Part shown: piece after piece, positions 39,575 to 48,657 of the stretch | Layout of the letters: the number at the start of each line of letters is the position of its first letter | Position numbering within the stretch: position 1 is the stretch's first letter | Source of the DNA: Nitrososphaerota archaeon | GTDB lineage: Archaea; Thermoproteota; Nitrososphaeria; Nitrososphaerales; Nitrosopumilaceae | DNA length: 64,000 bases | Direction: 5' to 3' | NCBI GenBank assembly: GCA_028867755.1 | Contig: JAGWFT010000001.1 | Coordinates: 868,727-932,726, forward strand | Position numbers and translations under genes: made by a program | Notes under the pieces: generated by a model | Seen by the model: the letters and a program-made list of their open reading frames with translations, nothing else | Databases searched by the model: none | What the model was told of the DNA's origin: nothing

Positions 39575-40135
39575 ATGTTACATTTCTCAAAAGATGACTC
39601 AGAGTATGACCTGTCTCATCCTCTTTTTAAAATCAAGACACTATCATCTAAGATTGAGCAGAAAATTGTCCAAAAAGACAATGGAAAAGAAGATGGCTTT
39701 ATCGAGACACTATCAGTTGAGGAGCTAAAGGACCTCCGGCAGGTAATTCTTGCATCTGAATATCTGCTTACAAAATATCAGGATAAAAAAGACCTCAAAG
39801 AATTCCTCGAGGAGTTCATTGGTATCATAATGCATGCTGCAAACTCAGTTAATGTCCTAAAAGACGACATGGAAGACTTGGTAATATCAGCAGAAGTAGC
39901 ATTGCAGCAGATTCAGACTCTGCATTACGATGTAACCCAGAACCTGGCCTTTGGAAGGGGAACACAAACAAAACTAGACGAATTTAAACTGCCTCTTGTC
40001 AAGACAGCGCCTGTCATGCCAGAGCCTGTAAAGGCCCAGCCTGAGGCATCTGGCACAAGTTCAATTAATTTAACAAATCCTACTAGACGAGTTCACACCA
40101 GTGATTACCTAACAAGAACCGCAGTTGAGATCTAG
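39575..40135 (+). CDS. Hypothetical helical protein in the cdvC operon
   Basis: 186-aa ORF packed between the ESCRT-III-like gene and cdvC. Confidence 0.65.
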   Translation: MLHFSKDDSEYDLSHPLFKIKTLSSKIEQKIVQKDNGKEDGFIETLSVEELKDLRQVILASEYLLTKYQDKKDLKEFLEEFIGIIMHAANSVNVLKDDMEDLVISAEVALQQIQTLHYDVTQNLAFGRGTQTKLDEFKLPLVKTAPVMPEPVKAQPEASGTSSINLTNPTRRVHTSDYLTRTAVEI

Positions 40136-40146
40136 TTGGTAATATT

Positions 40147-41331
40147 ATGAGTCTAGCCCCGCAAGAACTAGAAAACAGTGCAAGTAGATTTGCTGCAGAA
40201 GCTATAAAGCTTGATTCTCAAGGTGCTAGAGGCATGGCAATTTCTAATTATCAGAGAGCAATAGAGTCTCTCACTAAACTGATTCAACTATACCCTGAAA
40301 ACAAACTAAATAGGGTATACCAGGAACGCGTTGCTGCATATCAGAATCGCATCAAGGCACTTCAATTGAATAATGTGGACATTGAACCAGTGGTAGATTC
40401 AAAAGCAAGCCCTGAAGAGCAAAAACAATCTCTTGCAAAAAATGATCTTGATTCATTGATAATGAAGGAAAAGCCAAACGTCAGCTGGGCTGAGGTGATA
40501 GGTCTTGAAGATGCAAAAAATGCATTGCGAGAATCAATTGTTTATCCTGCTAAACGACCTGACTTGTTTCCACTTGGATGGCCAAGAGGCATGTTGCTTT
40601 ATGGTCCGCCTGGCTGTGGCAAGACTGTACTAGCTGCTGCCACCGCAAGCGAGATTGATGGATATTTCATTAATGTTGATGCTGCATCAATGATGAGCAA
40701 ATGGCTCGGCGAAGCAGAAAAGAATGTAGCAAAATTATTTACCATGGCACGAGGAATGGCAGAAAAAGAAGGACTGCCAGTAATACTATTCATTGACGAA
40801 GTGGACTCACTTTTAGGAAACCGCAACAGCGAGATGGGCGGGGAGATTCGAGTAAAAAACCAATTCCTAACTGAGATGGATGGAATCAACGGAAAAGGAA
40901 AGGACCTCAAGCTCTATGTTATCGGAGCTACGAACAAACCTTGGAGCCTTGACTGGCCATTTCTTAGAAGATTCACAAAGAGAATCTATGTATCGCTTCC
41001 AACACTAGAGGCAAGAATTAATCTCTTTGAGCTTTACACTGCACCTCTTAAGAACGCAGGCGACGTAAAACCTGCCGAGCTTGCAAAACTTGCAGATGGA
41101 TACAGCGCAAGCGACATCAAGGACATCTGCCAGTCTGCGCAGCTAATGGTCGTAAATGACTTGTTCCACTCTCCAGAGTTCAAAGACCCTGTAGTAGGAG
41201 AAGAAAGGTCACAGCCTCGCCTTATTACAATGTCTGACTTTAAGGAAATCGTAACAAGAAGAAAGCCAAGTGTCAGCATGGAAATGATTCGCGCCTATTA
41301 CAAGTGGAGCGATCAGTTCAAAGCTCTGTAG
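40147..41331 (+). CDS. cdvC: Vps4-like AAA ATPase CdvC
   Basis: N-terminal MIT domain (AAEAIKLD...AISNYQRA), GPPGCGKT, FIDEVD, GATNKPWSLD. Confidence 0.92.
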   Translation: MSLAPQELENSASRFAAEAIKLDSQGARGMAISNYQRAIESLTKLIQLYPENKLNRVYQERVAAYQNRIKALQLNNVDIEPVVDSKASPEEQKQSLAKNDLDSLIMKEKPNVSWAEVIGLEDAKNALRESIVYPAKRPDLFPLGWPRGMLLYGPPGCGKTVLAAATASEIDGYFINVDAASMMSKWLGEAEKNVAKLFTMARGMAEKEGLPVILFIDEVDSLLGNRNSEMGGEIRVKNQFLTEMDGINGKGKDLKLYVIGATNKPWSLDWPFLRRFTKRIYVSLPTLEARINLFELYTAPLKNAGDVKPAELAKLADGYSASDIKDICQSAQLMVVNDLFHSPEFKDPVVGEERSQPRLITMSDFKEIVTRRKPSVSMEMIRAYYKWSDQFKAL

Positions 41332-41427
41332 ATTTTTCAAATCTATTGTGGAACCGTTGTACTTTAAACCAGAAAACAAAAACCAAATCTAGATCGACAT
41401 AAAACTTAAATTCTCATTGTTCTGCAG

Positions 41428-42600
41428 TTGCTGAGGGTCTCAGAAATTCCAACAAAAAAAGCCAAACATGTAAACAAGTTTGGTAAGCTTGTTTTGGAAG
41501 ATGGCACTGTTTTTAACGGAATGGGTTTTGGTTATTCTACGACTGTTTCTGGCGAGGCAGTTTTCAATACTGGGATGACTGGCTACACTGAATCTCTAAC
41601 TGACCCGTCATACAGCGGGCAAATTCTTACCCTCACATATCCATTGATAGGAAACTATGGAATTCCAAATGTTTCAGAAAAAGACAAAGATGGTATCAAA
41701 AAATACCTAGAGTCTGATAAGATACAGGTGCGTGCACTTGTGGTACACGAGTTGTCACTTACCGCAAGCCACTGGAATCTTGCCATGACGCTAGATGAGT
41801 GGCTGTACAACGAGAAAATACCTGGGATTGCAGGAATTGATACAAGGGAGCTTACAACAAAACTTAGGACAAAAGGTGTCATGATGGCAATACTTGCCGT
41901 ATCTGAAAAAGAAATTGATGAGCAAGAACTAAAAAAACAACTTGCATCTGCCAAAAAGTATTCTGATGATGAATTTATGACTGCAGTATCCACCAAGGAG
42001 CCTCAGACATATGGTACGGAAAAAGAGTCTATTGTGGTAGTGGATACAGGTGTAAAAAATGCCATACTGCGAAATATAATAAAACTTGGGTACAAAGTAA
42101 TACGTGTTCCGTGGAACTATTCTGTAGAAAAGATTCTTGCGTATAACCCAAAAGGTATTGTAATATCAAATGGTCCTGGCGATCCGCTAAAATGTGCAGA
42201 GACCATGAACACTGCTAAAACATTGATTGACAAAAATATTCCAACACTTGGAATATGTCTTGGTGCGCAGATTCTTGGGCTTGCAGGTGGTGCTAGCACA
42301 TACAAGATAAAGTATGGCCATCGTGGACAAAACAAGTCATGCATCAATTTAGACACAAAGCAAGTTTATGTGACAAGCCAGAACCACGGATACTGCATAA
42401 ACCCAGACTCGCTAAAAAATACCAACTTCAAATTATGGTTTGAAAATACCGATGACAAGACAGTAGAAGGAATAAAGCACAAGGAAAAAAAGATAATTGC
42501 AGTCCAGTTTCATCCGGAAGCGTCACCTGGTCCTTTTGATTGTATGTTTATTTTTGAAGAGCTCAAGAAACTCATAGGGGAGGGCAATGCCAAAAAATGA
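41428..42600 (+). CDS. carA: Carbamoyl-phosphate synthase small subunit
   Basis: VFNTGMTGY.E.LTDPSY, SNGPGDP, GICLG, QNHGY, VQFHPE. Confidence 0.97.
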   Translation: MLRVSEIPTKKAKHVNKFGKLVLEDGTVFNGMGFGYSTTVSGEAVFNTGMTGYTESLTDPSYSGQILTLTYPLIGNYGIPNVSEKDKDGIKKYLESDKIQVRALVVHELSLTASHWNLAMTLDEWLYNEKIPGIAGIDTRELTTKLRTKGVMMAILAVSEKEIDEQELKKQLASAKKYSDDEFMTAVSTKEPQTYGTEKESIVVVDTGVKNAILRNIIKLGYKVIRVPWNYSVEKILAYNPKGIVISNGPGDPLKCAETMNTAKTLIDKNIPTLGICLGAQILGLAGGASTYKIKYGHRGQNKSCINLDTKQVYVTSQNHGYCINPDSLKNTNFKLWFENTDDKTVEGIKHKEKKIIAVQFHPEASPGPFDCMFIFEELKKLIGEGNAKK

Positions 42601-45600
42601 GTCGCTAAAAAAAATATTGGTTCTTGGCAGTGGGGCAATTAAAATCGGAGAAGCAGGCGAAAGTCACTAAATGACCGTCAATTCGACTACTCCGGTAGCC
42701 AGTGCCTCAAGGCCATCAAGGAAGAAGGGATACAGAGCATTCTTGTAAATCCAAACATCGCAACAATTCAGACTGACACAAGATTTGCAGATAAAGTATA
42801 TTCCATTCCAGTAAACCCACAGTACGTAGAGTCCATCATAGAGTCTGAAAGGCCAGACGGTCTGATGCTTGGGTTTGGAGGACAGACTGCCCTGAACTGT
42901 GGAGTAAAACTCGACGAGATGGGCATACTCAAAAAATATGATGTACGTGTACTTGGCACGCAGGTAGCAGGAATTCGTGCAACAGAAGACAGGCAGCTCT
43001 TCAAAGACGCCATGATAGAGTGTGGTGTTCCAGTATTGAAGAGCAGGACAGTTTACAACTTTGAGCAGGCAAAAGAGATTGCAAATGAACTTGGCTATCC
43101 TGTGATCATACGTGTTGCATATACGTTAGGTGGAAAAGGCGGAGGGGTTGCCCACAATGAAATTGAATTGCATGAAATTGTGACAAGGGGCCTTAATGCA
43201 AGTCTTGTTGGCCAGGTTCTAATCGAGGAATATGTTGGACACTGGAAGCAGATAGAGTATGAGGTCATGGCAGACTATCACGGAAACAATATCATAATTT
43301 GTAACATGGAAAATGTTCTTTCAATGAGGGTGCATACTGGTGACAATATCGTTGTGGCACCATCACAAACACTTGACAATTATGAATACCAGCTGTTAAG
43401 GTCTGCTGGACTGCGGGCAGCAAAACATGTTGGGATTGTTGGTGAATGCAACATCCAGTTTGCACTAGATGTTGATTCTGACAAGTATGTTGCAATAGAG
43501 ATGAACCCGAGACTCTCGCGTTCGTCTGCACTTGCAAGCAAGGCAACAGGATACCCGATAGCATACATGGCAGCAAAGATCGGGATGGGTTACACCCTGT
43601 CTGAGCTTGTAAATCGCATAACAAAAACCACCACTGCGTGCTTTGAGCCATCGCTTGACTATATAGTATGCAAGCATCCGCGATGGGATTTTAGCAAGTT
43701 TGAGCTTGCAAACCGAAGCCTTGGGCCTACGATGAAATCAGTAGGAGAGGTGATGGCAGTAGGAAGATGCTTTGAAGAATCATTTCAAAAGGCAATTCGA
43801 ATGCTGGAGATTGGAAATGATGGTCTTGTTGCAAACAGGAACCCTGACAAAGTTTACGATATCGAGGATCTAGAAGACAAGCTGCAAAAAGCAGATGACC
43901 GTATACTGTATCATGTTGCAGCTGCACTACGGCAGGGAATCTCAGTTGAGAGGATCTGCAAGCTTTCTGCAATTGACCCGTGGTTTATTGAAAAAATTCA
44001 AAACATTGTAGAGACAGAAAAAAATCTCAAAGAGTCCAAGTTTGAAAAAAATATTTTGCACAAGGCAAAAAAATTCGGGTTCTCAGACAAGCAGATTGGA
44101 AGACTGGTAGGAAAAGACGACATGGAGATTCGAAAGACAAGAAAAGAATTTGGAATCGTGCCAGTAGTAAAGCGAATAGACACACTTGCAGCAGAGTGGC
44201 CTGCAAAGACAAACTATCTCTATCTTACGTATGGCGGAACAACAAATGACTTTGAGGTAACCTCTGACAATGAAAAGATAGCAGTGCTTGGGGCAGGACC
44301 ATATCGCATTGGGAGCAGCGTAGAGTTTGACTGGGGAACTGTAAACATGGTCTGGGGTCTAAAAGAAAACGGCGTAAAAGAAGTCTCTGTGATAAACTGT
44401 AACCCGGAAACCGTATCAACAGACTATGACATTTGTGACAGGCTGTACTTTGAAGAGTTGACACTTGAGCGAGTCCTTGACATTGCAGAGTTTGAAAAAC
44501 TCACAGGCATTGTAACTGCAGTGGGAGGCCAGACTGCAAACAACCTTACGCCAAAGCTTGCAAAAAATGGAATCAAGATAATTGGAACGTCATACGAAGA
44601 CATTGACAGGGCAGAGAATAGGTCTCACTTTAGCAAGGTACTTGACGAGCTACACATAAGGCAGCCCCCATGGCAGGCATTCTCAAGTCTTGCTGATGCC
44701 AAGAAATTTGCGCTAAAGGTTGGCTATCCTGTTCTTGTAAGGCCGTCTTACGTGCTAAGTGGCGCTGCAATGAAGGTTGTCTGGTCCGAAGAGCAACTCA
44801 AAAGATATCTTGAGGAGGCAACCAATGTCTCGCCAGACTATCCTGTAGTGATTACAAAATTTATGCTAAATTCTCTTGAGGCCGAAGTGGATGGCGTATC
44901 TGATGGAAAAAATGTTGTAATCGGTGCTGTAATAGAACACATCGAAGGTGCAGGTGTTCACTCTGGAGACTCTATGATGTGCATCCCGCCCTGGAGTCTT
45001 TCAAACAAGGTGATTGAAACAATACTTGATTACACCAAAAAAATTGCCACTGCGTTTACGATAAAGGGGCCGTTTAATTTGCAATTTCTGATAAACTCTG
45101 ATCAGGTCTTTGTAATTGAGCTTAACATCAGGGCCTCGCGCTCTATGCCTTTTGTGTCAAAATTTGTCAGGATGAATCTTATCAATCTTGCAGCAAAGGC
45201 AGTACTTGGGAAAACTCTTCCTGTGGTTCCAAAAGACAGGTGGCGCAAGATACACAACTATGGAATCAAGGTACCACAGTTTTCATTTATGCAGCTTGAA
45301 GGCGCTGATGTCATACTTGGAGTAGAGATGCAGTCAACAGGAGAAGCCGCTTGCTTTGGCGAGAGCTTTTACGACGCACTTGCAAAGGGGCTAATATCAG
45401 TGGGATACTCTCTGCCAAAGGAAGGGTCTGTACTGATAACAGCAGGAGGCTCTGAGAACAAGGAAAAACTCTTGCAGACAGCACTCTTGCTCAAAAGTCT
45501 TGGATATACGATTCTTGCAACAGAGCACACTGCAGAATTTCTGTCAGACAAGAGGATAGGAGATGTACAAATAGTATACAAGATTAGCGAGCCTCAAAGA

Positions 45601-45852
45601 AAGCCAAACATTGCAGACATGTTGTACGAGCGCAAGATTGATTTTATAATAAATGTTCCAAGCACATCGACACTTGAAAAATATGTTGGAATGTTGTACG
45701 ACGAGTATCAGATTAGAAGAAAGGCAGTAGAGCTTGGTATACCAGTACTGATAACGACAGAGCTTGCAGACTCTTTTGCAAAGACACTAGAGTGGTTGAG
45801 GCACAATGAGACGACCAAAAAACCACTCGAGTCATACGAGTCCATTCAGTAG
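42587..45852 (+). CDS. carB: Carbamoyl-phosphate synthase large subunit, join(42587..42661,42682..45852), 1081 aa after removal of a 20-nt intron
   Basis: Exon 1 MPKNESLKKILVLGSGAIKIGEAGE; exon 2 FDYSGSQCLKAIKEEG...LMLGFGGQ, in frame with ORF 42865..45852. Confidence 0.93.
42662..42681 (+). other. Predicted 20-nt bulge-helix-bulge intron in carB
   Basis: AGTCACTAAATGACCGTCAA; bulges AAA (42660-62) and AAT (42680-82) flank the 4-bp helix GGCG/CGTC; cuts after the 2nd base of each bulge give GAA|TTC. Confidence 0.85.
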
Positions 45853-45858
45853 ACTTTT

Positions 45859-46815
45859 CTAAAATGAGTCGTCGATGCCGAGGCTTTTTCTTAGTATCTT
45901 TGCGACATTTCTTATTGTCACACTGCTAATGCCTGATGCTTTTGCAATCTTGTCCTGAGTAAACTTTTCCTCGTTTAGTACTCCAGATATGAACATGGCA
46001 GTTGCTGCAAGCGATATCGGGCTTTTGCCATCTGTTATTCCTTTTTCTTTTGCTCTGTAAAGTATGTCAAGTGCATCTCTTTTTGCTTTCTCGCTAGAAC
46101 CAATGGCTGTACCTATCTTTGATACAAACTCTGATGGGTCAAATGCATCTACTTGCAAGTCAAGTGCCTTGACAAATACTCTATAGTGTCTTGAAAGCTC
46201 CTTGACTGTTACGTTTCCTGCATGTGCAATATCGCTTAGAGCTCTTGGAACATTTGATTCCCTGCAAGAAATGCATAATGCAGAAAGAATCATTCCTGTT
46301 ATGGTTCTTCCTCTGATGATATTTTTTGTTAGTGCCTTTCTATACAGGTAAGCTGCTCTTTCAATTACAGCATCTGAGAGCTCAAGTTTTGATTGTATTG
46401 ATGTCATGACAGCAAATGCTGCACGTAAGTTTCTCTCAGTTGAGCTTGACTTGCTTCTGCTGTCCCACGTTCTTAATCTATTAAACGTGTACTTCATGTA
46501 ACTTGAAATTGAATTTCCTAATGCATCTCTTCCAGTGTTTCCAATCATTGTTGACAATCCCTTGTCGTGAATGGCAAGTGTAGAGGCCATTCCTGTTCTT
46601 GCATTGTTGTTATACTCTTCTGGAGTGAATGATTTTTGCTCAGGACCGGTATCTTCTACCTTGTCTGCTAGTACTGCACCACAACTTGCGCACAAGATCT
46701 CGCCTCGTATGTTGTCAGTAATCAGCGGTCCATGGGATTTTCTACCGTCTGCGCACGCATCCTTGGTGCCTTTTTGAACTATACACTTCTGTCCGGATTT
46801 GCTATTAACTATCAT
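45859..46815 (-). CDS. tfb: Transcription initiation factor IIB paralogue
   Basis: GEILCASCG Zn ribbon, TLAIHDKGLST, RLRTWD, two cyclin repeats, GISSVTIRN. Confidence 0.93.
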   Translation of the reverse strand: MIVNSKSGQKCIVQKGTKDACADGRKSHGPLITDNIRGEILCASCGAVLADKVEDTGPEQKSFTPEEYNNNARTGMASTLAIHDKGLSTMIGNTGRDALGNSISSYMKYTFNRLRTWDSRSKSSSTERNLRAAFAVMTSIQSKLELSDAVIERAAYLYRKALTKNIIRGRTITGMILSALCISCRESNVPRALSDIAHAGNVTVKELSRHYRVFVKALDLQVDAFDPSEFVSKIGTAIGSSEKAKRDALDILYRAKEKGITDGKSPISLAATAMFISGVLNEEKFTQDKIAKASGISSVTIRNVAKILRKSLGIDDSF

Positions 46816-46930
46816 TTGTATATCTAATATAGTAATGAAAGTATTTAAACACTAAAGTAAGAAACCGGATATTAACTGAAGGCATGGTAAGTTGGGTATT
46901 TAAAAAAAGACAGAATTTTGGAGTATCGCA

Positions 46931-47551
46931 CTAGCCGTACCAATCGTGAGCTATTGCATGTATGTCCTTGATTGCCTTTGCAAAATTGCTTGCCTTGGTA
47001 TCCTCGTCTCTGTTCATTGCTTCTGCCAAGACTCCCTTCACTTCACTGAATCCCATGAATTGAAACTCGGCATTGGAAAGAGACAATGCGTGCTCCCATG
47101 CTTTCATTGGCCCAGTGCTGTAAGCACCTCCGCTAGAAACTATTGTTAGTGCTTTTTTCCCTTGCATCAATCCGGCATAGCTTCCATCTTTGGCATCCCA
47201 CGTGTGACCTTTTAGCATGATAGAATCAAACCAAGCCTTGACTGCTGCTGGCATGGAAAAGTTGAACATTGGGTATGCCAGTACTACCATGTCAGCCGAT
47301 TTTACCTGCTCTGTCATCTTGTCCATCTTGGTCAAGAGGCTCTTTTGTTCTGGTGGCAGGCTCTGCCCTAAATAATCACGCGAGATGTATGCCATAAGAT
47401 TATCAGACAAGAATAGGTCTGGGACATCCTTGGTAAGATCAAGCTCTTCAATTGTAGAGTTTTTTACTCTAGACTTGAATTCTTCTAGAATTTTTCTTGT
47501 GTTGGAGCGCTCTCCGCGCGGAACATATTTTACAACAAGTGTCTTGGTCAA
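46931..47551 (-). CDS. azoR: FMN-dependent NADH-azoreductase/quinone reductase
   Basis: PRGERSNT, PMFNFSMPAAVKAWFD, SSGGAY. Confidence 0.88.
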   Translation of the reverse strand: MTKTLVVKYVPRGERSNTRKILEEFKSRVKNSTIEELDLTKDVPDLFLSDNLMAYISRDYLGQSLPPEQKSLLTKMDKMTEQVKSADMVVLAYPMFNFSMPAAVKAWFDSIMLKGHTWDAKDGSYAGLMQGKKALTIVSSGGAYSTGPMKAWEHALSLSNAEFQFMGFSEVKGVLAEAMNRDEDTKASNFAKAIKDIHAIAHDWYG

Positions 47552-47567
47552 TCTATCTCACCTAAAT

Positions 47568-47588
47568 TTTCTATACTAGATATAGAAA
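47568..47588. promoter_or_regulatory. Probable HxlR/QsrR-type operator between the divergent azoR and regulator genes
   Basis: Perfect TTTCTATA-N5-TATAGAAA inverted repeat. Confidence 0.6.
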
Positions 47589-47644
47589 GGTAAGTATTTA
47601 AATCAGGCAGTAACTACAAGTAAATCAACTGAGGTTGTGGTGAG

Positions 47645-48055
47645 TTGAAAGAAGAAGAGTGCAACATACTGATGGACAACATGAAAGCATGTCCTATTGA
47701 CAATACATTTGCAATAATTGGAAGAAAGTTCACCGTACACATCATACGAAATATGACACGACTGAACCAAAGTAGATTCAATGAATTTCTTGATTCAATT
47801 GAGGGCATAAACCCAAAGACACTGTCCGCAAGACTGCGCGAGATGGAAAAAAATGGGTTGATTGAGAGGAAGATCTACCCTGGGAGCCCTGTAAGGATAG
47901 AATATTCCATGACTGAAAAAGGCAAGGCGCTAAAACCAGTTCTGGAACAAATGGCTGCGTTTTCTATGCAACACTGCGCAAAAGAAGTCTTCAAGGATGG
48001 AAAGCCTCGTGTATTCAAACAAGTGTTTGAAAAACCTCCAAGGATTGCAAAATAA
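47645..48055 (+). CDS. HxlR/DUF24 family redox-sensing regulator
   Basis: ACPI...IIGRKF, RFNEF..SIEGINPKTLS.RL.EME, EYSMTEKG. Confidence 0.9.
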   Translation: MKEEECNILMDNMKACPIDNTFAIIGRKFTVHIIRNMTRLNQSRFNEFLDSIEGINPKTLSARLREMEKNGLIERKIYPGSPVRIEYSMTEKGKALKPVLEQMAAFSMQHCAKEVFKDGKPRVFKQVFEKPPRIAK

Positions 48056-48157
48056 AATTCTAAAAACGTTTACACTTACCCCAAGTTAATCTGATTTCCC
48101 AAACTTCACTTTCCATCTTATATACTTACCATTGTATAGTAACTATAAGAACGTAAT

Positions 48158-48496
48158 ATGGAATGTACATCTGAAACATGCAATACAAAAGAACATGCAA
48201 CGTGTTCATGTAGCTCTGAAATGCATGGTGAACAATGCGGATGCGATGAAATAGATGCAGTACATCATGTCATGGATCTGTGGCACAAGGCATTCCATGA
48301 CGCGATGCACGAAGCCCAAGTGGAACGACTCAAAAAAAGAATAGATGCTAATTTTGGGCCTACCATGGACAAAGCAGCTGATGCGTTTATTGAAACAGCA
48401 GGCAAGGTATTCCAATCCGTTGTTGTAAAATCCGAAGCAAAAAAAGAGCTAGAATCAAAGTTGCAGAAAATCCTTTCTGAAACAAGTAGGAGATAA
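48158..48496 (+). CDS. Hypothetical protein with Cys/His-rich N-terminus
   Basis: 6 Cys and several His in the first 45 aa, then a helical region. Confidence 0.7.
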   Translation: MECTSETCNTKEHATCSCSSEMHGEQCGCDEIDAVHHVMDLWHKAFHDAMHEAQVERLKKRIDANFGPTMDKAADAFIETAGKVFQSVVVKSEAKKELESKLQKILSETSRR

Positions 48497-48657
48497 CTCC
48501 CCAATTATCTCCTGCTTTATTTTTTTATAACTTGGAAAATTAGCGGTAGGATATGAGATGACCATGCATGGACAATTCTGATCGTGAAATATTTGATGCC
48601 TATGTGAATGTGGGCAAATAACGAAGGTATAAGGTATAGCAACGACACTACAAACTC

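Noticed and set aside
42587-42864. carB as a pseudogene, or decoded by a programmed -1 frameshift
   Set aside because: Both exons are intact and there is no X-XXY-YYZ slippery site in the reading frame. A frameshift would add 7 residues inside a conserved motif, whereas BHB cuts restore it exactly. Not formally excluded without RNA data.
42865-45852. ORF-track start of carB at MLGFGG
   Set aside because: Would delete the conserved first 86 residues, which are present upstream.
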